Source: Deltaproteobacteria bacterium (GTDB lineage: Bacteria; Myxococcota_A; UBA9160; UBA6930). From it: DNA of 64,000 bases. The stretch covers positions 47,448 through 111,447 of the forward strand of contig JAJDAQ010000086.1 of assembly GCA_029261815.1 (NCBI GenBank). Reading direction: 5' to 3'. Both the position numbers and the translations under genes were made by a program. The notes beneath the pieces are model-generated. The model was not told the DNA's origin. It searched no databases and worked only from the letters and a program-made list of their open reading frames with translations. Shown piece by piece: positions 28,588-36,348 of the stretch (position 1 is the stretch's first letter; each line of letters opens with the position of its first letter).

Positions 28588-29318
28588 GCGGGCGGGTCCG
28601 GTCCCAGGTAGACCGAGATCTCCACAGCGTCCGGCACGTTCGAGTACTCGATATGCGCTTCGCGCGTTTCTGACTCGTAGCGTCCACAGCCGCGTACGTA
28701 GCCGAGGTAATCCTCGGGAGCGAAGACGTCGCCGGTATTGTCGGCAACGATGATCGCGCCCGGCTGGATCAAACCGTGAGCTTCCAGGCTTTCGAGGTCT
28801 GCGCGGTAGAGATCCTTCCAGTGGTCCAGGAAGACCAGGTCGAAGGGGCCGTCCAGCTTGGGGATCTCCTCGTCCGACGCTGCGCATCGCAGGTCGACGC
28901 GGTCGGCGAAGCCCGCGCGCGCGATGTTGTCGCTTGCTGCTTCGTAGGCGTTCTGGTCCTTTTCGATCGAGACCAGCCGTCCGCCGTCGCCGAGCCGCTG
29001 GCAGATCATGATCGCCGAATAGCCGCAGTATGCGCCGAGTTCGAGCACGCGCGCATCTCCACGCAAGCGCCCGATCATTTCCGTGAGAAGAGGCCCCTTG
29101 TCGGGGCCGACGCTCATCAGGAAGCGCTCTTCGACCGCATAACGGTCGAGCGCCGCCAGGACACCCTCGGCGTCGCCGGGCGAAACGCGCTCGGCGACGT
29201 AGTCGCGTGCGCGCAGTGCCCTGGGGGGCGCGCCCGTCACCCGATCGATCGCAAAGTGGAGGACGTTTCGTGCCGCCCAGGGAAGGGCCTTGGGCGTGAG
29301 CATTCTCGAGAGGTTCAT
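28584..29318 (-). CDS. Class I SAM-dependent O-methyltransferase (catechol-O-methyltransferase-like)
   Basis: Motif I VLELGAYCGYSA, then DLVFLDHWKD and IIVADN. The start at 29318 (MNLSRML) is chosen to leave a divergent promoter gap. The listed ATG at 29384 is an alternative. Confidence 0.75.
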   Translation of the reverse strand: MNLSRMLTPKALPWAARNVLHFAIDRVTGAPPRALRARDYVAERVSPGDAEGVLAALDRYAVEERFLMSVGPDKGPLLTEMIGRLRGDARVLELGAYCGYSAIMICQRLGDGGRLVSIEKDQNAYEAASDNIARAGFADRVDLRCAASDEEIPKLDGPFDLVFLDHWKDLYRADLESLEAHGLIQPGAIIVADNTGDVFAPEDYLGYVRGCGRYESETREAHIEYSNVPDAVEISVYLGPDPPA

Positions 29319-29399
29319 GCAGACAGTCTGGCACACTCGGGCCGGCTCGGATGCTAGGGTCGCCTCTCGTCTCGTGACCTCCAACGGAAGGAGTCTCGT

Positions 29400-30251
29400 A
29401 TGAAGATCGGTGTATCCAACTTCCCGACAGACTATTCGATCTCAGCGGTTGCTCTCGGCCGAGCCTGCGAGGAACGCGGCTTCGAGTCGTTGTGGGTGAC
29501 GGAGCACACGCATATCCCGGCGTCGCGGCGCACCCCGCATCCCTCGGGCGCGCCGCTCCCTAGCATCTACTGGGAGAGCTACGAGCCCTTCACTTTCCTG
29601 GCCCAGGTGGCGGCCGTGACCGAGCGCCTTCGCATCGGTACCGGGATCTGCCTCGTGCCTGAGCATCATCCGATCGCGCTCGCCAAGCGGGTCGCTTCAC
29701 TCGACTCGCTCTCGGGCGGCCGCTTCGATTTTGGAGTGGGTGCCGGGTGGAACGCGGAGGAGTTGGAGCATCACGGAGTCGCATTCAAGGACCGCTGGAA
29801 GATCCTGGCCGAGTCCGTCGCAGCCATGAAGCGGATGTGGACGGAGAAGGAGCCCGAGTTCCACGGCCATTGGGTGGATTTCGAGAAGGTCTGGGTGGAA
29901 CCGAAGCCCGCGCAGAAGCCGCATCCGCCGGTTCATGTGGGCGCCAGTTCGAAGTGGGCCATTGAACGTGTGGCCGAATTCGGGGACGGGTGGATGCCGA
30001 TCCTGGGTTCGTGTGACATCGACGAGCGAATGGACCAGCTCAAACGGCTCTGCGACGAGAAGGGGCGGGATCCGGGGGCCATCGAGATCTCGGTCTTTGC
30101 TGCGCCGGGCAAGAAGGCGGCGCTCGAAGCATTGGCCAAGCAGGGCGTCGATCGGGTGATCCCGTTGCTCCCGACGCGGGACGAAGATCAATCTCTCCGC
30201 TGGTTGGACGAGCACGCGTCACTGGTCGAATGGGCTCAGGATCTGGCCTGA
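29400..30251 (+). CDS. Luciferase-like (LLM class) flavin/F420-dependent oxidoreductase
   Basis: MKIGVSNFPTDY...FESLWVTEHTHIP, GRFDFGVGAGWN, KPHPPVHVGA; RBS GGAAGGAG. Confidence 0.8.
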   Translation: MKIGVSNFPTDYSISAVALGRACEERGFESLWVTEHTHIPASRRTPHPSGAPLPSIYWESYEPFTFLAQVAAVTERLRIGTGICLVPEHHPIALAKRVASLDSLSGGRFDFGVGAGWNAEELEHHGVAFKDRWKILAESVAAMKRMWTEKEPEFHGHWVDFEKVWVEPKPAQKPHPPVHVGASSKWAIERVAEFGDGWMPILGSCDIDERMDQLKRLCDEKGRDPGAIEISVFAAPGKKAALEALAKQGVDRVIPLLPTRDEDQSLRWLDEHASLVEWAQDLA

Positions 30252-30282
30252 AGGCTGGGCGGCGGTGTCTATGGCCGGCCAA

Positions 30283-30296
30283 TTTCACGCGTTTAA
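30283..30296. promoter_or_regulatory. Operator-like site TTTCACGCGTTTAA (site 1 of a tandem pair)
   Basis: Degenerate match to the shared palindrome, upstream of the TetR gene. Confidence 0.4.
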
Positions 30297-30301
30297 ACGA
30301 A

Positions 30302-30315
30302 TTGAATCGGTTAAA
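30302..30315. promoter_or_regulatory. Operator-like site TTGAATCGGTTAAA (site 2, 19 bp downstream), overlapping -10-like TAAAAT
   Basis: It ends 8 nt before the GTG start of the TetR gene at 30324. The same GTTAAAATCC string precedes the second TetR gene. Confidence 0.5.
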
Positions 30316-30323
30316 ATCCCCGC

Positions 30324-31016
30324 GTGCGATTGATGGCCCAGCAGAAACTCGAGCGACGGGAACGCATCCTTGCGGCCGCGCGCGAGTTGATCGCCGAGTT
30401 GCCTTACAAGGAAATCACGGTGCGCGAGCTGGCCCGGCGCTGTCGCGTCTCGGTGCCCACGCTGTACAACCAGTTCGGCGGCAAGGACGCCTTGCTGGCA
30501 GCGGCGGTCGAGTCGCAATTCCGCGAGGCCCTTTCGGAGATGGTCCCCCCGGAAGAACTGCCGGGCGCAGAGCGGATCCTGGGCATGGTCTCGCGGGTCG
30601 CCCGCCAGACGACGGAGCTCGCGGAGTACCACGCTTCGCTGATCCAGGCATTCGCCGAAGAACAACACCAGACCGAGGCAATTCAGCAATCCCTGGCCGT
30701 TGAACTCACCCGGTCGTTCGCCCAGGAACTCGAGGCGATGGCGGCGAAACGTCAGTTGGCCGAGTGGGTCGATTGCGGGGTGCTGGCCGTCCAGCTCACA
30801 ACCGCGTGTATCAGTGCATCCGTGATCTGGGGCCAGGGAATGGTCGACGACGAGGGGCTCGACGCGTTCATGCGTCACGGGGCCGCGACGCCGATCCTGG
30901 CATGCGCCCGCGGACCGGTTCGCGCAGAGCTCGAGGCCGTTGTGCGGGAGGCGCAGGATCATCTCCGTGAGGCGCTGACGATTCCCGAGGACGCGGCCAC
31001 CGAAGAAACCGCGTAG
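30324..31016 (+). CDS. TetR-family transcriptional regulator (paralog of 46943-47617)
   Basis: HTH region ITVRELARRCRVSVPTLYNQFGGKDALL. The N-terminus MRLMAQQKLERRERIL aligns with MTLLAQQMAERRERIL of the paralog, which supports the GTG start. Confidence 0.85.
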   Translation: MRLMAQQKLERRERILAAARELIAELPYKEITVRELARRCRVSVPTLYNQFGGKDALLAAAVESQFREALSEMVPPEELPGAERILGMVSRVARQTTELAEYHASLIQAFAEEQHQTEAIQQSLAVELTRSFAQELEAMAAKRQLAEWVDCGVLAVQLTTACISASVIWGQGMVDDEGLDAFMRHGAATPILACARGPVRAELEAVVREAQDHLREALTIPEDAATEETA

Positions 31017-31044
31017 TCCACGCGAAACAGGCGAAGGAGCCATC

Positions 31045-31809
31045 ATGTCCATCGAATCGCTATTTGACCTGTCCAACGACGTTGCCGTGGTGACCGGTGC
31101 CGGTCGCGGGATCGGCGAAGGGATTGCCAAGGTCTTCGCCGAAGCGGGAGCCGCAGTGGTCTGCGCCGCGCGCCGCGCCGAAGAAATCGAACGTGTCGCC
31201 AAGGACATCCGCGATGCCGGCGGCCGCGCGATCGCCGTGCCGACGGACGTGACAGACGAAGACGCCGTCGACGCCTTGGGTGCGCGCGCGGTGTCCGAGT
31301 TCGGCTCGCTCGATATCTGGGTGAACAACGCGGGCGGCTCGCCGATCCAGTCGCCGCTCGTCGATCTGCCCCGAGAGGAGTGGGACGCGACCCTTCGCCT
31401 GAACCTGACGGCGCCGTGGGTGTGCACGCGCGCTGCGTCGAAACACATGGGCGAGAGCGGAGGTCGCATCCTCCATATTTCGTCGCGCGCCGGTTCGGAT
31501 CCGGTCCCTGGAAGCGGCCACTACTCCGCCGCGAAGGCAGGTCTCAACAACATGACCGTTTCGATGGCGCGCGAACTGGGGCCGCGGATTCGCGTCAACA
31601 CGATCGAGCCCGGTGCCGTGCCGACCGAGATCATGATGCAAGCGCTTCGGTTGAAGGAAGACGACCTTCCGCAACTTGAGAAGGCTCTCAAACTCCCGGC
31701 CGGGCGCCTGGGCACACCGCGCGACCTCGGCGCGGCGGCCCTCTACCTCTGCTCTCCGGCTGGCGAGTGGGTGACCGGAATCATCCTGCCCGTCAGCGGT
31801 GGGATGTAG
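31045..31809 (+). CDS. SDR-family oxidoreductase
   Basis: VAVVTGAGRGIGEG, NNAG, YSAAKAG; RBS GAAGGAG. Confidence 0.85.
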   Translation: MSIESLFDLSNDVAVVTGAGRGIGEGIAKVFAEAGAAVVCAARRAEEIERVAKDIRDAGGRAIAVPTDVTDEDAVDALGARAVSEFGSLDIWVNNAGGSPIQSPLVDLPREEWDATLRLNLTAPWVCTRAASKHMGESGGRILHISSRAGSDPVPGSGHYSAAKAGLNNMTVSMARELGPRIRVNTIEPGAVPTEIMMQALRLKEDDLPQLEKALKLPAGRLGTPRDLGAAALYLCSPAGEWVTGIILPVSGGM

Positions 31810-31814
31810 GTCCG

Positions 31815-34241
31815 CTAAAAGGTCCCGCCAATCTCGAGGCCGATGTATCGCGGCGGTGCCCAGGTCTGGAAGCCGACCGACGGCAGGGCCTGCTCTATGT
31901 ATTCGGTGTTCCCCAGGTTCTTGCCCACCAGTGCGACCCGGTAGTCGACCCGGTCGCTCGACCACTCGTAGGCGATCGTGCTGTCAACGAGGTTGTAGGA
32001 GTCGATGCCAAAGGGCGTTCCAAAGGCACTGGGGATGAAGATGATGTCGTCCTGGTGCTTCCAGCGGACATCGGCGATGAGCGTGCCGGGACCGATCTCC
32101 AGGGTGTAGGTCGTTCCGACGGTGAAGGAGAACTTCGGTGACCGGACCAGCTGCCCGCCGCCGACGTTCACCATGCAGTTCGCCGGATCCACTTGGCAAG
32201 TCGGTCCCGCGGTTCCGTTCAGTCCCAGCGGCAGTTGTTCTGCGCGCTGGGTGCTGTCCGCGATGTCGCCTGTCTGATAGCCGGCGGAACCGTAGAAGCG
32301 GATCATCTCGTTGAAGGCCCAGCTCGTCTCGAGTTCAACACCCTCGACCTGGACCTCCTCGCCGTTGAGCTGGAACGTATTGGTTCCGGGTCCGACGCCC
32401 GGCGTTTGGATGATCGAGATCGTCTGCGGGTCTTCGGTCGTCGACTTGAAGGCGGAGAGGTTCACGATCAAGGAGCTGTCGAACCACTCGCTCCGGATCC
32501 CGACCTCATACTGCTCGAGGGTCTCCGGCTCGTAGGTCAGGTACGTCGGGTCGACGCCACGGTTCGAGAAACCGCCACTTCGGAACCCTTGCCCGTACGA
32601 GAAGTAGACCATGACATTCTCGTTGATGCGGTAGTCGGTCGAAGCCTGGAACACCACGTCGTTCCAGTCGTCGTCCGCGCGCAGCTTGTCGCCGCCCCCG
32701 ATCGGCACCAGGACGCCGGCCGCGCCGGGCGTATTGGTTAGGCGGAACGAGGTCTCGAAGTCCTTCTCTTCGTAGATGTACCGGACGCCGGCGGAGGCGT
32801 TCCAGTCCTCGGTGATTGCGAATGTCGCAGACCCGAAGACCGACCATGAGTCGTCCTTCTCCCGCGTGCGCTGGGTGACCGGCGGCGAGGCCAGGAGGCA
32901 CATCGCTCTTCCGCCGACGACGGCGCCGTTGTTCCCACCGATGACTGCACACGGCAGCGGCATGGGCAGCGGATTCGGGATCTGGATGACCTGGTTGGTC
33001 TCCTGTCGGATGGAGGCATCGTGATGCCAGAGGAATACACCGGCGGTCACGCTGAGGCGCTCGTCGAGGTACGTGTGCGTCCAACGCAGTTCCTGGGAGA
33101 ACTGATCGAATGCCTGGGACCGCGTCGTATGAAGCTGTGCGAACGGGGTGTTCGGGTCGATCGGCCCCGGGAACGGAGCGAGGTTGAATGGCAGAGCGCA
33201 GGTCACGTTGGTTACGCCACACACGCCACCGTCGAAGTCCTGCAGTGCCTTGTCGGAGCTGTCCATGTATGAGGTGACGGACTCGAATGTCCCGAAGTCG
33301 GTTTCCCACGTGATTTCGAGGCTGAAGATCTGAGCGTCGAACGCGATCCCTTCCTCCGGCATCCGGTCGGAGCGGCCCATGTGCGGGTCGTCGCCGTTGA
33401 ACAGGGCATCCTGGTTCTTCAGGCCGCCGCGGTCCTGCATCCAATCCCAGTTGGCAAGGACACTCAGGTTCTCGGTCGGCTCCCAGAGCAGCTTGGCGTT
33501 GATGGCTTCGTAGTCGACGTCGCCGCTATCCGCGCCGGTTAGGCTGTTCTGCGAGAAGCCGTTCCCGTCCTTGCGGATGTAGCCGACGCGAAGCGCCAAC
33601 TGGTCCTTGATGATCGGGATGTTGCCCACGCCCTGGATCGTCCAGATGTCGCCGTCGCCGGGGCCGTCGAAGTTTCCGAAGGAGCCCTTCAGCCGCCCGC
33701 CGTACTCTTCGAGATTCGGGCGTTTGCGCCGCACGGAGATCGTGCCGCCCGTGGTGTTCTTCCCGAATAGCACCGTCTGCGGGCCGCGGTTGATCTCGAC
33801 CTGCTCGATGTCGAACGTGTCGAGAATCTGGCCGGTGCTGGTTCCCAGGAAGACGTTGTCGATCAGGACGCCGACCGGAGGCGCCTGCGTTCGATCCACG
33901 TCGCTGTACCCCTGCCCGCGGATGTAGATCGCGGCCTGGCCCGCGCCCGAGTTCTGTTGGCCGATGAAGACGTTCGGCGCGAGGCCGTCAAAATCTCGTA
34001 GCGTGCTAGGCGCCACGGATTCGATCAACGCCTGGTCGAACGCGGTCACCGCGACGGGCACGTCCTGGATCGACTCAGCGCGCTTGCGCGAATAGACCAG
34101 GATCTCGTCGATGTCCTTGAGTTCGCCGTCGCCTTCTGACGGCACGACGGCGGTATCCTGCGCGAGCGCGGGACCGCCCATCAGCGCGGCCATCAGGAGC
34201 GGAAGAAGCAACGAGGCCCGGAGGCCGTGGTATCTCGACAT
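31815..34241 (-). CDS. TonB-dependent receptor (paralog of 36349-38721)
   Basis: The start at 34241 gives signal peptide MSRYHGLRASLLLPLLMAALMGGPALA. Plug motifs DEILVYSRKRAESIQDV and VEINRGPQTVLFGKNTTGGTISV. C-terminal Phe. Confidence 0.85.
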   Translation of the reverse strand: MSRYHGLRASLLLPLLMAALMGGPALAQDTAVVPSEGDGELKDIDEILVYSRKRAESIQDVPVAVTAFDQALIESVAPSTLRDFDGLAPNVFIGQQNSGAGQAAIYIRGQGYSDVDRTQAPPVGVLIDNVFLGTSTGQILDTFDIEQVEINRGPQTVLFGKNTTGGTISVRRKRPNLEEYGGRLKGSFGNFDGPGDGDIWTIQGVGNIPIIKDQLALRVGYIRKDGNGFSQNSLTGADSGDVDYEAINAKLLWEPTENLSVLANWDWMQDRGGLKNQDALFNGDDPHMGRSDRMPEEGIAFDAQIFSLEITWETDFGTFESVTSYMDSSDKALQDFDGGVCGVTNVTCALPFNLAPFPGPIDPNTPFAQLHTTRSQAFDQFSQELRWTHTYLDERLSVTAGVFLWHHDASIRQETNQVIQIPNPLPMPLPCAVIGGNNGAVVGGRAMCLLASPPVTQRTREKDDSWSVFGSATFAITEDWNASAGVRYIYEEKDFETSFRLTNTPGAAGVLVPIGGGDKLRADDDWNDVVFQASTDYRINENVMVYFSYGQGFRSGGFSNRGVDPTYLTYEPETLEQYEVGIRSEWFDSSLIVNLSAFKSTTEDPQTISIIQTPGVGPGTNTFQLNGEEVQVEGVELETSWAFNEMIRFYGSAGYQTGDIADSTQRAEQLPLGLNGTAGPTCQVDPANCMVNVGGGQLVRSPKFSFTVGTTYTLEIGPGTLIADVRWKHQDDIIFIPSAFGTPFGIDSYNLVDSTIAYEWSSDRVDYRVALVGKNLGNTEYIEQALPSVGFQTWAPPRYIGLEIGGTF

Positions 34242-34425
34242 CAAGCGTCCCCTCGCCAACGGACATCGATGCGGCATTGGGTTGAGTGATGCATCCGCGA
34301 TGTCCGGGCCCAGCTATTCTCTCATGCAACCGAGCGGATGCGGTGCCCGAAATTGGCCTTTTTTGGGGGCCGAAGCGGCAGTTATTCCGCGATTGAACGA
34401 GGCCTTCGGGCCCGAGGAGCCACGC

Positions 34426-36282
34426 TTGTCACGGACCCGATCCATCTTTTTGTTGGCGGTTCTCGTCGCTTCTTCCGCCGGCGCCCAAACCGTCGGTTAT
34501 TCGCCACACGTGGATGCAGATTTCCCCCGACAGGTGTACTGGGGAGATACCCACCTCCACACGAACCTCTCGCTCGATGCGAACATGTTGGGCAACGTTG
34601 GGCAGACGGCGGCCGATGCCTATCGTTTTGCCCGTGGAGAGACCGTGGTCGCCACGAACGGCGAGCCGGTGAAACTTCGTCGTCCCCTCGATTTCCTCGT
34701 GGTCGCCGACCACGCGGAGTATCTGGGCGTCCTCGATGGCCTCCGCCGAGAAGACGAGACGCTCCTGACGAACGCCACCGCGCGCCGCTGGCAGGCCGCG
34801 TTCGCCAAGGGCGATACCACGCCGTTCCAGGAGTTCGCGGCATCGCTAAGTGAGGGCAAGAGCCGCCTCGTGAACCCGGCATTCGACCGCATCGGATGGG
34901 ATGCGCAGATCGCCTACGCCGAAGCATTCAATACCCCGGGCGTCTTCACCGCGTTCATCGGGTACGAGTGGACCTCGATGCCCGGTGGAAACAACCTTCA
35001 CCGGGTCGTCGTCTTCCGGGACGACGCCGAGCGTGCGCGACAGACACTGCCATTCAGCGCCTTTGACAGCGACGCACCCGAGGACCTCTGGGCCTTCCTG
35101 GCCCGTTACTCGGAAGACACTGGCGGCGAAGCGCTCTCGATCGCGCACAACCCGAACCTGAGCGGCGGTCGCATGTTCTCGATGAACGACACCGACGGAC
35201 AGCCCCTGACCCGCGAACAAGCCGCGACCCGCGCTCGCTACGAGCCGCTCGTCGAAGTCACGCAGTACAAGGGTGACAGCGAGGCCCATCCGTACCTCTC
35301 GCCCGAGGACGAGTTTTCGGACTACGAATCCTGGGACCGGGCCAATATCTCGTTCGCCGAAGTGCATCGCGACGAGTGGTTCGCCGGAGAGTACGCGCGT
35401 TCGGCCCTTCGTCGTGGTCTCCAGGTCGCGAAGCGATCGGGCGCCAACCCGTTCCGTTTCGGCATGATCGGCAGCACGGACGCCCACACGGGTCTGGCTG
35501 CCGCCGATGAGGATGATTGGTGGGGAAAGTTTGCGGCCAACGAGCCTGGGCCGAAGCGCTGGAACACCACACTGACGGGCACCCAGCTGCCGGTCCCGGT
35601 GTACCAGTGGCAGATGGCGGCATCCGGCTACGCCGCCGTGTGGGCCCGGGAGAACACCCGGGCGTCGCTCTTCGATGCCATGAAGCGACGCGAGACCTAT
35701 GCGACCACGGGGCCGCGGATGGTGGTGCGGTTCTTCGGCGGCCGAGACTTCGCCGCGCCGGACGCGCACGTCCCTGACCTCGCCCGGCTCGGCTACGCGA
35801 AGGGCGTGCCGATGGGCGCCGTCCTTCCCGCCGACGACGCGGGCCGCGCTCCGAGTTTCCTCGTCAGCGCGTTGCGCGACCCGGATGGCGCGAATCTAGA
35901 CCGCGTGCAGATCATCAAGGGCTGGGTCGATGGATCTGGCGAATCGCACGAGCAGGTGTTCGATGTTGCTTGGGCCGGGGACCGAAAGCCGAACCGCAAG
36001 ACAGGGCGACTGCCCGCCGTCGGTGACACGGTCGATGTCGCCAGCGCGACCTACGCGAACACGATCGGCGCGCCCGTCCTCACCGCCGTCTGGCAGGACC
36101 CAGGTTTCGATCCGGCCCAGCACGCGTTCTACTACGCGCGCGTGATCGAGATTCCCACGCCGCGCTGGACGCTGTACGACGCCGTTCGCTACGGCATCGA
36201 ACTCCCCGACGAAGTCCCGCTGACCACCCAGGAACGCGCCTACACCTCACCGATCTGGGTCGAGCCGCAGGAAGGCAACTAA
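34426..36282 (+). CDS. DUF3604-family secreted protein (PHP-like metallohydrolase fold)
   Basis: TTG at 34426 lies 6 nt after GAGGAG and gives signal peptide MSRTRSIFLLAVLVASSAGA. HxH-type motif GDTHLHTNLS. Paralog of 2-1801. Confidence 0.8.
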   Translation: MSRTRSIFLLAVLVASSAGAQTVGYSPHVDADFPRQVYWGDTHLHTNLSLDANMLGNVGQTAADAYRFARGETVVATNGEPVKLRRPLDFLVVADHAEYLGVLDGLRREDETLLTNATARRWQAAFAKGDTTPFQEFAASLSEGKSRLVNPAFDRIGWDAQIAYAEAFNTPGVFTAFIGYEWTSMPGGNNLHRVVVFRDDAERARQTLPFSAFDSDAPEDLWAFLARYSEDTGGEALSIAHNPNLSGGRMFSMNDTDGQPLTREQAATRARYEPLVEVTQYKGDSEAHPYLSPEDEFSDYESWDRANISFAEVHRDEWFAGEYARSALRRGLQVAKRSGANPFRFGMIGSTDAHTGLAAADEDDWWGKFAANEPGPKRWNTTLTGTQLPVPVYQWQMAASGYAAVWARENTRASLFDAMKRRETYATTGPRMVVRFFGGRDFAAPDAHVPDLARLGYAKGVPMGAVLPADDAGRAPSFLVSALRDPDGANLDRVQIIKGWVDGSGESHEQVFDVAWAGDRKPNRKTGRLPAVGDTVDVASATYANTIGAPVLTAVWQDPGFDPAQHAFYYARVIEIPTPRWTLYDAVRYGIELPDEVPLTTQERAYTSPIWVEPQEGN

Positions 36283-36293
36283 CGCCGCAAAGA

Positions 36294-36326
36294 AAAGCGG
36301 CCCGGGAGCCGTGCTCCCGGGCCGCT
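36294..36326 (-). terminator. Rho-independent terminator hairpin (possibly bidirectional)
   Basis: Perfect 14-bp GC-rich stem AAGCGGCCCGGGAG / CTCCCGGGCCGCTT with a 5-nt loop. On the minus strand it is followed by TTTTCTTTG. It sits between convergent genes ending at 36282 and 36349. Confidence 0.8.
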
Positions 36327-36348
36327 TCATGCGGTCTCGTTCTGTGGA

